This document shows positions 1 through 8,907 of a stretch of DNA of 64,000 nucleotides, in pieces. The DNA is taken from assembly GCA_963705255.1 (NCBI GenBank), contig OY970061.1, forward strand, positions 2,144,001 through 2,208,000, in the 5' to 3' direction. Below the pieces are notes generated by a model, which was not told where the DNA came from, did no database searches, and saw nothing but the letters and a program-made list of their open reading frames with translations. This DNA is from an uncultured Methanoregulaceae archaeon (GTDB lineage Archaea; Halobacteriota; Methanomicrobia; Methanomicrobiales; Methanospirillaceae). Made by a program: the position numbers and the translations under genes. The stretch's first letter is position 1, and each line of letters opens with the position of its first letter.

Positions 1-210
1 ACCATCCTCACCGGCTACGGCCCGGCCCAGAAGGTCGTAAAACGGGCAGCCCTGATCGGGAACCTCTCGAAGATCGCCAAGAAGCACGCGATGTGCGTCA
101 TCACCGATTACCATAAGCAGAAAATGATCGGCAGGACGCTCGTGATCGGCGAGGAACGCCTGCACCGGATCCAGAACGGCTTTGAGCTGCTCGACCTGCT
201 CGGGGATTGA
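1..210 (+). CDS. 3' end of putative HTH transcriptional regulator (COG1395/MJ1164-like), partial
   Basis: Frame 1 reads TILTGYGPAQKVVKRAALIGNLSKIAKKHAMCVITDY...FELLDLLGD* with host-like codon usage; family assigned from recall. Confidence 0.6.
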   Translation, partial: TILTGYGPAQKVVKRAALIGNLSKIAKKHAMCVITDYHKQKMIGRTLVIGEERLHRIQNGFELLDLLGD

Positions 211-427
211 ATTTTTCGGGATTCCGATAGGTTGACGATTGAATTGAATGAAGAGAATTGAGCTGGACGATGTTCCCGGGCCGGACCGGTCATCGGTCCT
301 GCCCGGCAGTCACTTCCCCGGTAGGGTGGTTCTACTGCCCCTTCATAGCCTCGTCAGGGAGACTCCCCCCTGTCACCCCTATTTTCAGGGTGGGTGGGAG
401 ACTTACGATCGCCTGGAAAATAAATGT

Positions 428-482
428 AGTCGAAGACTACGTCTTCTCCAGCTCTTACCTTCCTTCGGAAAGTAATCGCTCC
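428..482 (+). repeat. AGTCGAAG double-hairpin (REP-like) repeat unit
   Basis: AGTC-GAAGAC-tac-GTCTTC-TCCA, then a TTCG-loop hairpin and CTCC; same architecture at 22194, 22319, 46515, 46850, 55937. Confidence 0.6.
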
Positions 483-759
483 GTAAAATGCCCCTTTTGG
501 CAAACGGATCCCGATTTGAAAGCTCGGTTTTTTGATAGTCGCGTTTTTTTGCGAATTACAGAACACGGATCGGGAAATACTTGAAATTCAGGGGTTGTTT
601 TCGATTCAAAGGATTTTAATCGCCCGGAAAAACGTCTAATTGTTGCCTTTTGGATGATCCGGGAACCGGGATCTTGGAGATCAGGTCGTGAAATGAAGTG
701 GCAGGGGTGTGGGATCCAGGGTCACGGGATCAGAAATTTACGACGGTTGTTGCTTCCCA

Positions 760-896
760 GTATGCAGACTTATTATAATTATCTTAGGCCACATCAGGGA
801 ATTGGCGGGATGGTTCCGGCACAGATGGCAAGCATCCCGATAAATCTTATAGGGAACCGGTGGGAAACGATGATCGGGTTAGCTGCAACAAAATAG
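760..896 (+). pseudogene. C-terminal remnant of SWIM/IS6-type transposase
   Basis: MQTYYNYLRPHQGIGGMVPAQMASIPINLIGNRWETMIGLA nearly identical to C-termini of 3365-4549 and 8908-10095; DNA homology starts abruptly near 760. Confidence 0.9.
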
Positions 897-906
897 GATA
901 AATTTG

Positions 907-1516
907 CTATTCTGTTTGTGTAGTTGGCGCAATTGAAACACCGGTAATGAATACATCATAATTTCCGCCCCCCACCATATTACAATATGAAATGGATGGT
1001 GTGCTAAATTGATATCCGGCTGTACCAAAGGGTTGTATAAATATAGAATCGTACAATGTAGAATTATCAACAGATAACTGGGTACTTATAATATTCACTT
1101 CCAAATCTACGTTAAGCGAGTATTTTGATCTTGAATTAACGCTTCCAAATATGAATAAAGTCCCATTTTGGTATTGGTTGCAATATAAATTATATCCCGT
1201 GTAATCGGGGACATAATGAGTTGCATTCAGCTACAAAATTTGATCCAATACCTGAAATTGTCAAGAAACTTGCCAGCGTTGTTTCGTCTGGTTGTTCGAT
1301 TGTGGGTGTTGCAGATATGGTAACCGCTGTTGTGGATATGGCAACAGGAATGGAAGTCGTTTCAGGTAGCGTTGCATTCACATGCACTATTTGAGGAGTC
1401 TGGGGTGTTACTGTCGGGACCGGTGTAGCGTTTATAGTTTCCGTGCTCGTGCATCCAGCAGCACCCGTTGCTACGATTAAGATAATCAGGAGAAAGAGAA
1501 TTGCACGTTTCTGCAT
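907..1516 (-). CDS. Predicted lipoprotein with Thr/Pro-rich linker, probably frameshifted (ORFs 1190-1516 and 907-1104)
   Basis: Signal peptide, AAGCTS lipobox-like motif, TPVPTVTP linker. Confidence 0.55.
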
Positions 1517-1653
1517 ATCTGCATAATAAAATCATAAAACGATATTAATTTCCATAGTATCTTTCATAGGAACGGATTTGTTCAAAATCAAAAAGTCCCG
1601 CGATGCAACAGTTGGGCGCGGGAACCCCAAAGTCCCTACAACGCACCAGAACC

Positions 1654-1661
1654 ATTTTAGC
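1654..1661. repeat. 8-bp target-site duplication ATTTTAGC, copy 1
   Basis: CAGAACC-ATTTTAGC-GGTTCTG; identical 8-mer at 6115 and 11578. Confidence 0.9.
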
Positions 1662-2179
1662 GGTTCTGATAACTTCGCGGGGGTTTGAACTTGCTCGCGG
1701 GTGGTGATAAGTGGCGGTTGGTCGCGCAGATAGGAATGCTTATACACCTAAAGCAAAGGGTTCTATTGTCACCACTTTGTAGATGAGTAACTATTGCACA
1801 TTTCAATATGCTGATCTTCTGTTAATAGCACCTTAGATAAAAAGTGGTGGCAAAAAAGGGTTCTGTTTTCTGTTGCGTCTGCGTTTGATCAACCGTACAA
1901 GCGGTTGGTGGATGCGCAGATATTTTACAGAGTTTTTATTAGTGTGACAGGTCTGATAGATCGCGGGACTTGTTCGCGCAAGTGAGATTGAAGTTGTGTC
2001 AATAAAATGACAACTTTTCTTGCATAAATCTAAAACAGAAAGCACACACTCTAAAATAATTTAACGTCTGATATTAATAGTGTTTTAGAGGGATTACACA
2101 CACTTATGGCTAAATGTTGACCTTTTCTGATGCGAAGAATAGATATATATAGCTGCAAGAATGTACAAGAAAGTGGGAA

Positions 2180-2926
2180 GTGATTTGGATGAAAATTGGA
2201 ACATACTCATATCCCTTATTCAGGCTCAATACCCTGTTAAAGGATACTAAGATTATCTATGAAAAATTTGGTCGCAAAGAGATCACCAGAGAGCATATTG
2301 CTCAAGTGCTAGGAAATACTGCTACAAGTGGCGGCTTCAGTCAAAAGGTTGCAGATCTTAGAACGTATGGATTACTATCTGGTAGTGCCGGCAGATATAG
2401 TGTATCCGATATCGGTGTAAAAGCAACATTCGGAAATGAAATCGAAAAAAAAGAGGCGCTAGGCAAAGCCGTACGATTGGTGGATCTATGGGTAGCCATT
2501 TACGAAAAATGCGGAATAGAACCTATCCAAGATACTTTTTGGCTTGATTTAGCAGAAATTACGGGCATAGAGCGCCCAGAATCGCAAAACAAGGCCGATG
2601 CTGTCCGCAAAGCATATATGGAGGATGCAAAATACATATTAACTGTCAAAGCCCCTTCAGGAAAGCCGGAATCGAAAAACGACGAACCGGCGAAAGGATC
2701 TGAAAAAGGATCTGAAGGCGCGCGTGACAGGAGACCTAAAGTGGAAACAACAGAATCGGCTGGATTTGTTCATGTCAAATATCCCGGATGCTGTGATGCA
2801 ATCATCGACATTCATGATGAGGGCTCATTAAGCGTTGTTGAAAGTTTGCTGAATGCAATTAAGGCGAAAATCAAAATTATTTCGGAAAACAAAACACAAA
2901 CCGATAACGTCTCCGATGATACTTAA
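2180..2926 (+). CDS. Hypothetical protein with wHTH-like N-terminus, immediately upstream of unusual tRNA
   Basis: 248-aa ORF; IAQVLG...SGGFSQKVADLRTYGLLSG...YSVSDIG resembles a winged helix. Confidence 0.7.
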   Translation: MIWMKIGTYSYPLFRLNTLLKDTKIIYEKFGRKEITREHIAQVLGNTATSGGFSQKVADLRTYGLLSGSAGRYSVSDIGVKATFGNEIEKKEALGKAVRLVDLWVAIYEKCGIEPIQDTFWLDLAEITGIERPESQNKADAVRKAYMEDAKYILTVKAPSGKPESKNDEPAKGSEKGSEGARDRRPKVETTESAGFVHVKYPGCCDAIIDIHDEGSLSVVESLLNAIKAKIKIISENKTQTDNVSDDT

Positions 2927-2949
2927 TTCAAGAGTTGAGGAGAGAAACA

Positions 2950-3038
2950 GCCGTGGTAGTCCAGTTTGGTCAAGACGTCTGACTTATGATCAGATGGGCA
3001 TGCCAGTGCCCACAAGGGTTCGAATCCCCTCCACGGCG
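2950..3038 (+). tRNA. Type II (long variable arm) tRNA with UAU anticodon and Ser-like body
   Basis: Acceptor GCCGTGG/CCACGGC, discriminator G, D-stem GTC/GAC, anticodon stem TCTGA/TCAGA with loop CT-TAT-GA, variable stem TGGGCA/TGCCCA, T-arm AAGGG-TTCGAAT-CCCCT (one mismatch). Confidence 0.88.
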
Positions 3039-3095
3039 TTAATTATTAATATATTATAGCTTAGTATTAAAGATTTCTTCGTTACACCTGCATCA

Positions 3096-3245
3096 TTATT
3101 CATCTATCGGTTCCATAAGGGCGACTTTCACCTTTTTGCCTATCCATTCAACTGGCACATATACACGGCCAGAATTACCAGATTGTTTTACGGTTTTCTC
3201 TACGATCTGATATGCGGTGATCTTAATCTCCATCTCTCGACCCAT
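3096..3245 (-). CDS. DUF2080-like transposase-associated small protein (AbrB-like), 49 aa, not in ORF track
   Basis: Manual translation MGREMEIKITAYQIVEKTVKQSGNSGRVYVPVEWIGKKVKVALMEPIDE. Confidence 0.8.
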   Translation of the reverse strand: MGREMEIKITAYQIVEKTVKQSGNSGRVYVPVEWIGKKVKVALMEPIDE

Positions 3246-3364
3246 ACTTAATTATAAACTTTCATTTTTTAAATACCTTATGGCTACATAGACACTTGTA
3301 AGTGACTACAATATGAAAACATTTATTACACTGTAGCTACATATTAGATACATAGTGAAATATT

Positions 3365-4549
3365 ATGATCCGCCAATTAACCAACCCAAGAGAACTTCGC
3401 GGCCTTGCGATCCTCTCGCAGCCCGACACGGTTATCCAGACCGGCAAAGATGCATGGGATGTCCGATCACAATCAAAGGACGCATACTACCAAGTCGTCC
3501 GGACTTACCAGGATCTCCACGCAAGGATGCGCGGGCAGGCAACATGGACATGCTCATGCCCCGATCACGTAACCAGAAACGTGATTTGTAAGCATATCCA
3601 CGCCGTGCAGCTCTCGTTAAAGATAGCCGGTGATGTTCAGGAACAGAGCGCACCCGCCGCGATTGCTGAGGCAGAACCAAAAATTATCTGTCCTGAGTGC
3701 AAAAGTGAGAACATCAAGAAGTGGGGAATCCGGAAAACAACGTTTGGAGAGAACCAGCGATACCGCTGCAACGATTGCGGACACCGTTTCATTGTCGATA
3801 AGGGATTTTGCCGGATGAAGAACAGCCCGAAAACAATCACCCTCACCCTTGATCTCTACTTCAAAGGCGTATCACAGAGGAAGATTGTTGATCACCTTAA
3901 GCAGTTTGAGAACGTCGATGTTACACAGCCAACAATCCTGAGCTGGATCAAGAAATACCTGAAACTCCTGTCGAAGTATTCAGAGAAGTACAAGGTTGAA
4001 GCTGGGAAAATCTGGCACTGCGATGAGACGACGGTATTCATCAAAAAAGAAGGGGAGAAAAAATACTATCAGTGGATCTGGAACCTTATGGACGCCAAGA
4101 CCCGCTATCTCCTTGCGTGTCAGGTTACGGAAACCCGGTACGTCAAGGATGCGCGCAAGCCGCTCCAGAAGGCAAAGGAGGTTACTGACGTTAACCCCGA
4201 TGCAATTGTGACGGACGGACTGCCAGCATACCCAGAGGCAATTAAGGCGGAATTCTATGGACTTGGCAGGATCCAGAACCCACATATCCGGCTGAAGGAT
4301 TTCGAGACGAAACCGAACAATAATATTTTAGAGCGGTTGAACGGAACGTTCAGGGAGCGCACCAAGGTAATGCGGAGTCTCAACAGCGCGATGGATGCTG
4401 AGGATTTTGCTGCCGGACTACAGACCTACTACAATTACATCCGTCCGCACTCAGGGATTAACGGACTCACACCGGCACAGATGGCAAATATCCCGATCAA
4501 TTTAATGGGGAATCGATGGGAAACAATGATCGGGTTGGCAGTAAAATAA
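3365..4549 (+). CDS. IS6-type DDE transposase with N-terminal SWIM finger and Zn ribbon
   Basis: SWIM CSCPDH...CKHIHAV; CPECK...RCNDCG; DDE motifs WHCDET, VTDGL, NNILERLN. Confidence 0.9.
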   Translation: MIRQLTNPRELRGLAILSQPDTVIQTGKDAWDVRSQSKDAYYQVVRTYQDLHARMRGQATWTCSCPDHVTRNVICKHIHAVQLSLKIAGDVQEQSAPAAIAEAEPKIICPECKSENIKKWGIRKTTFGENQRYRCNDCGHRFIVDKGFCRMKNSPKTITLTLDLYFKGVSQRKIVDHLKQFENVDVTQPTILSWIKKYLKLLSKYSEKYKVEAGKIWHCDETTVFIKKEGEKKYYQWIWNLMDAKTRYLLACQVTETRYVKDARKPLQKAKEVTDVNPDAIVTDGLPAYPEAIKAEFYGLGRIQNPHIRLKDFETKPNNNILERLNGTFRERTKVMRSLNSAMDAEDFAAGLQTYYNYIRPHSGINGLTPAQMANIPINLMGNRWETMIGLAVK

Positions 4550-4553
4550 ATTT

Positions 4554-4913
4554 TTATGAAGCTTCGAGGTATTTTTTTATCCGGGTTTTGTCTTCATTTG
4601 CGGTTTGACTCTTGTGGTATATCTGAATAAATTTAATTTCGTTCGTTGTTTCATCGTGACCGAAAATAACTCTAATGCCACTTTTGCACCCTTTCCCTTT
4701 CAGAGATTCACAGCGAAAGTGTCTTGCTTTGTAAACGGGATCGTGGATGCCTGCTCCCAAATCTGAAATTCTAACAGCTCCCGGCAAATCCTTGGGGTGT
4801 TTCACACGAAGAACTGATTTTAACCGTTCTATATCTACATTTAAAGACGGATATTTTTTAGATAGATGCGCCAGATCATTGTCAAATTCGGGAACGTTGT
4901 TAAAATCAGTCAT
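4554..4913 (-). CDS. RelE/HigB-like toxin
   Basis: LSKKYPSL..D, VYKAR, KGKGCKSGIRVIF..IQIYHKS pattern; overlaps upstream antitoxin. Confidence 0.75.
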   Translation of the reverse strand: MTDFNNVPEFDNDLAHLSKKYPSLNVDIERLKSVLRVKHPKDLPGAVRISDLGAGIHDPVYKARHFRCESLKGKGCKSGIRVIFGHDETTNEIKFIQIYHKSQTANEDKTRIKKYLEAS

Positions 4914-5493
4914 CCGAATATTCTCTTACGGACATATCTGATGGGCGATAAAAAACTAACTCATAATCAAGATTTTTATTGATTTCTGCTGCTTCCCACG
5001 GGATATCTTTGTGCGACAAAGCCTCAATTTTTGATCCGTTCATTTTACTATATCGACTCAATGTATTCTCTAGATGCTCTAGTTCATCCGCACTTAAAAT
5101 CGACATGTCGGGTTTTGTCTGCGAGATATATCTAATCTGAGTATGTCCGTAATAGTCTGCCTTTGTTTCGACGATTTTCCCTTCTTCTTTTAACTCTTTA
5201 ATTATATCCTCGAAATGACGAGGAGCCGGGCCATGCTCTAGTTTTGAGTAAGCTTCACCAGTTAGTTTCTCCTCAAATAGTTCATAATAATCAAAATCGT
5301 TAAAATAAAGGATCTTGTACAGCGCCTTCTTCCCGATATTATCATGCGATGATGTTCTATCAATAAAGAAATGAAGAACTTGCTTGAATTTTTTGGGGTT
5401 GAAATTTTTGTCCCTTGTTTTTTCCCTTATTTTTTTCAGTATATCTGATGATAATTTAACCATATCACTTACATAACAATCGATCTGAGACAT
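4906..5493 (-). CDS. Panacea-domain (DUF4065/SocA-like) antitoxin
   Basis: KILYFNDF...LTGEAYSKLEHGPAP...LSHKDIPW motifs. Confidence 0.8.
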   Translation of the reverse strand: MSQIDCYVSDMVKLSSDILKKIREKTRDKNFNPKKFKQVLHFFIDRTSSHDNIGKKALYKILYFNDFDYYELFEEKLTGEAYSKLEHGPAPRHFEDIIKELKEEGKIVETKADYYGHTQIRYISQTKPDMSILSADELEHLENTLSRYSKMNGSKIEALSHKDIPWEAAEINKNLDYELVFYRPSDMSVREYSDD

Positions 5494-5602
5494 ATAAAAT
5501 CTTCGCTAGTACCACAAAAGTGAACTCAAAGAAATTTTACATACATGCAAAGTTCATACCCTGGGGTAGCTATTTATTTTTACAATGAAGAGGGTAACAT
5601 AA

Positions 5603-5752
5603 ATGGATACTATCACCGCTGACAATATCGTCATCCTTTCTTTAATTATCGGATTTATAAGTTTAATTTTCGGAATTATTAGTACACTCCTTGCAATTCA
5701 TTTCTATAGAGAGAATAAGATACTTACTGAACGTTTAAAAAAAGAGATTTAA
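5603..5752 (+). CDS. Small single-TM protein, 49 aa
   Basis: Manual translation MDTITADNIVILSLIIGFISLIFGIISTLLAIHFYRENK...; stop abuts next ATG. Confidence 0.5.
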   Translation: MDTITADNIVILSLIIGFISLIFGIISTLLAIHFYRENKILTERLKKEI

Positions 5753-5962
5753 ATGCAACTAACGGAAACCCAAGGACAGATAAGGGGATTGGGTGTGTTG
5801 CTTGCACAATTTAGCATTCAAGAAAGAACAACAAATTTTCCAGATATAAAACACGAGCAAAATATTCGTAAAGCATTCGCGGCATTTGTTGTTTTTATCC
5901 TTGCTGTAATATTAGTATTAGCGATAGCATCTTATTTTTCTAAAAGATCCAAGAAAAGATAA
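5753..5962 (+). CDS. Small membrane protein, 69 aa
   Basis: C-terminal hydrophobic helix followed by a basic tail. Confidence 0.5.
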   Translation: MQLTETQGQIRGLGVLLAQFSIQERTTNFPDIKHEQNIRKAFAAFVVFILAVILVLAIASYFSKRSKKR

Positions 5963-6114
5963 CTTTCCCACCTCCCGATTTTTGACAGCACTTCCTAAGA
6001 GTGCTCAGCTCCCAAAGACTTTACAGAACCTTAATTTTCGATTTTTGCATTCAACCACCCGCGATTTATCACTTGTTGTCAAATTTATCAACCACCCTTC
6101 AACTTATCAGAACC

Positions 6115-6122
6115 ATTTTAGC
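6115..6122. repeat. 8-bp target-site duplication ATTTTAGC, copy 2
   Basis: ATCAGAACC-ATTTTAGC-GGTTCTGAT. Confidence 0.9.
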
Positions 6123-6226
6123 GGTTCTGATTAGTTCGCGGGGGTTTGGGATCGCTCGCGGGTGGTGATAAGTGGCGGGTGGTGGGAGCGCGGATGATTT
6201 TTATCCTAAAAATTCTATCTCATTGC

Positions 6227-6547
6227 ATGCGATGTTTGGTTTGTGGTGAAAAGACCGAAAAAAAAGTACTATGTAAAAAACATATTCGAGATACTGATTC
6301 TTTAGCGTTATATGTGACAGGTCATACGTGTCACTCGTTTTTCCAAATAAAAGATGGTGTTCCTGGGATGTGTCAAAATCATCTTCTTTGTGAACCAATA
6401 AAACGAGCGTTGAAGGGAGAGATTTTAATCGTTCCTAACTTAGGGCATGTTGTTTGCCCTCACCCTACAATAAATCTTGCAGATTTTGTATACGGAAAAA
6501 TAGAAGAGAAAGATATCAAACAAAATTATCCAGAATGTTTAGAATGA
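6227..6547 (+). CDS. Cys/His-rich hypothetical protein (start uncertain)
   Basis: MRCLVCG...LCKKH, CQNHLLC motifs. Confidence 0.5.
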   Translation: MRCLVCGEKTEKKVLCKKHIRDTDSLALYVTGHTCHSFFQIKDGVPGMCQNHLLCEPIKRALKGEILIVPNLGHVVCPHPTINLADFVYGKIEEKDIKQNYPECLE

Positions 6548-6620
6548 CTTCTTTTTTACATTCACACCGCAAATAGATTAGAATTAAATATTAAAGCGTT
6601 AATGATCGATCGATAAAAAT

Positions 6621-7181
6621 ATGAAAATAGTTTGGTCGCCTGAGTGCAGGGCTCTGGCAGAATGGTTGCGTGCCCATAATGACAGTGGGATTACGACAAT
6701 AAAAGACCTTGAAGAAACACTTGGAATAGAGCGCCTAAAACTATATCGCTGTCTTACTTATTGGAGAAGAAAATTTTTAGAATTTTACCAAATGCAAGAT
6801 AAGAGAGGAATCCTTCGTGGTGATCCGTACCAAAAATGGCTTGTTGCATTAGAGAATTTTCGAGTGAATTATTTGATCCAGCCCCTATTTTATGATAAAT
6901 CGGGAAGAATGTATTATACACCACCTAATCTTCGCGCCAAAGAGGAAATTACCCAACAGCGAGTAATTCATTGGATTAAATCGGGGCAAACTGTAGCCAA
7001 TGAAGCACATACATACCATGAAACCCTTCCATCAGCGGCTTTGCCATCTGAATTATTAGGCGATCTTAAACTGCTTAGGGAACGAATTGAAGATGGAAAC
7101 GTCCCACGTTGTCCGTCGTGTGGTCAAAATATTCAGGAAAATTGGGTAAACTGTCCATCCTGTGGACTTCCCCTACAATAA
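6621..7181 (+). CDS. Hypothetical protein with HTH-like N-terminus and C-terminal Zn ribbon
   Basis: TIKDLEETLGIERLKLYRCL; CPSCG-x9-CPSCG. Confidence 0.7.
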   Translation: MKIVWSPECRALAEWLRAHNDSGITTIKDLEETLGIERLKLYRCLTYWRRKFLEFYQMQDKRGILRGDPYQKWLVALENFRVNYLIQPLFYDKSGRMYYTPPNLRAKEEITQQRVIHWIKSGQTVANEAHTYHETLPSAALPSELLGDLKLLRERIEDGNVPRCPSCGQNIQENWVNCPSCGLPLQ

Positions 7182-7188
7182 AATTTTT

Positions 7189-8333
7189 TTATCTATTGTC
7201 GGTAATTTCGCCTAAATCTGTTAACACTTTCACACATACACCATATGTTTTCTTAATATAGTCAACGCATGCCTTTTTTACGTTTAAATCCTCGATTTGG
7301 TTTATGTGATCGGCTCTAAATGTCATGACCTTAAAATAAGCATCTTGGTATCTTTTGAGAGTAAGCTCATTATGATCAATTTGCCCGGGTCAAACCTTGT
7401 AAGGTTATCTCTAACCTCTTCACCACGTTCTAATTTTTCAGCTTGTTTCACTCGTGCTTCTTTGAACCTTCGAAGATCCTTCTCGCTATCTTTTCTGAGC
7501 ATCTGACGCTCTTTTAAAACCTGACCTCTCTGTTCCGAAGTTTTGAAAATTTTAACTTCAGCTGCTTCTTCCGGGGTTATCTCTTGTGTAATTATCTTCT
7601 TTTTTAAATCCGGGGGAGATTCTTTGAGGGCTTGTACAAAAGATTTTACCTCTTTTGGTTCAAGTTTTTCTTGAGCGATAAGTTTGACAACATCTTTTCG
7701 TGTTTCTTCAGGCGCCTCTTTAACCGCTTTAACAACTTCCCGCATATCTTTTTGTGTTAATTTTTCAGGTTTTTCCACTCTAACTTTTAAAAGGTCTTGT
7801 CTTGCCTCTGGAGCAATTTCTTGGAGGGGGCGAGTTTCAGCTAAGTCTTGTGCAGTTGATTTTTTTATAACAGTAGTTGCTGTTTTTGCATATTTCTCGT
7901 CCCCGGCATCAATAATCCGTCCAAGTTGGGAACTAGAGATACCTATTTTCCGGGACATCTCTGGGATGTTCTTGTATCTCCCCAATTTATTCCCGTCTTT
8001 CCAAAGGGTGTAGATGAATTTCTCCTTTTCTGGTTCGGTGAGGTCTTCCCGTTGCCAGTTTTCAATAAGGCTTAATTCCATGGCTTCAAAATTGTTAGAT
8101 TCTCTAATGATTGCAGGAATCTCCTTCCGTCCAATATTATGCCATGCCCTCCACCTGCGTTCGCCTGCTATGATCTGATAAGTGCTTCCCTCTTTTCGTA
8201 CCACGATGGGAGCAATCAAATCCATCTCTTTTATGGATTCAGTTAATTCAGCAATTTTCTCCTTATCAAAAAGCTCTCTTGGTTGGAACGGTGCTGACCG
8301 AATTTTATCAATTGGAATCATTTTGACTTCCAT
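7189..8333 (-). CDS. ParB/RepB/Spo0J-family protein (probable frameshift near 7380 extends C-terminus to 7189)
   Basis: FQPRELF, PIVVR, IIAGERRWRA, LIENWQREDL; alternative frame continues YQDAYFKVMTF...DNR*. Confidence 0.85.
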
Positions 8334-8390
8334 TTTTTAATCCCTCCTATTTACACAGATTTCCATCATCCTTCCGGCCGGAATGATTGG

Positions 8391-8625
8391 TTATTTCTTC
8401 TTTAACAATTCCATTGCGATTTCTGCCCACGGGATAGTCACGATTTCCCATTTCTCCTTAGCAATGTTGACCATAAAAATGTTGACCTTCTTATGATCCA
8501 ATCCCTCTTTTTGACTGACAATGTTTTTTAAGGCATCAATTGCATTAGGGACACTATCATAAATGGCTTTTTCATCTTCAGACCTCCATCACGTAAAACG
8601 CACCATTTTTTATTTTCATTTCCAT
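8391..8625 (-). CDS. Small hypothetical protein (~77 aa) with probable 1-nt frameshift near 8581
   Basis: MEMKIKNGAFYVME then EDEKAIYDSVPNAIDALK...IPWAEIAMELLKKK*; start abuts stop of AbrB gene. Confidence 0.5.
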
Positions 8626-8775
8626 TCAATCAACTCCTTTATTTCTCTCAATTTTCTCTATAGTAATTTTAACATAATCTCCTTCTTGAATGTTCTCCAA
8701 CTCTCGTACCTCAGTGGGTATTGTAATGCGCCCACCTTGGATTACTTTTAATGTAGCAGTGTGTATCTGTGTCAT
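8626..8775 (-). CDS. AbrB/MazE/SpoVT-family DNA-binding protein, 49 aa, not in ORF track
   Basis: Manual translation MTQIHTATLKVIQGGRITIPTEVRELENIQEGDYVKITIEKIERNKGVD. Confidence 0.85.
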   Translation of the reverse strand: MTQIHTATLKVIQGGRITIPTEVRELENIQEGDYVKITIEKIERNKGVD

Positions 8776-8907
8776 ATAAACCTAAGATAGATATACGCTA
8801 CGCACCTATTTAATACTTTCTAATTGAATCGGTATCAAAAGGTTTATAATGTATTAAAACGTATTATAATGTATAATAACTACATTAAAATATGGGAGAG
8901 ATAAGAA

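Larger units (their letters stand above)
760..1653 (+). mobile_element. Truncated transposon (element 1 of the tandem stack); left end lost
   Basis: Transposase C-terminal remnant, lipoprotein cargo, right end CAGAACC (1647-1653) followed by ATTTTAGC. Confidence 0.75.
1662..6114 (+). mobile_element. Complete cargo transposon, element 2 (4453 bp)
   Basis: Left end GGTTCTGATAACTT and right end AACTTATCAGAACC (13/14 inverted match), ATTTTAGC on both sides, central DDE transposase. Confidence 0.88.

Noticed and set aside
211-760. Left end of element 1
   Set aside because: No ATTTTAGC-GGTTCTG junction found; GGTTCTAC near 328 lacks the TSD and subterminal repeats. The end appears deleted.
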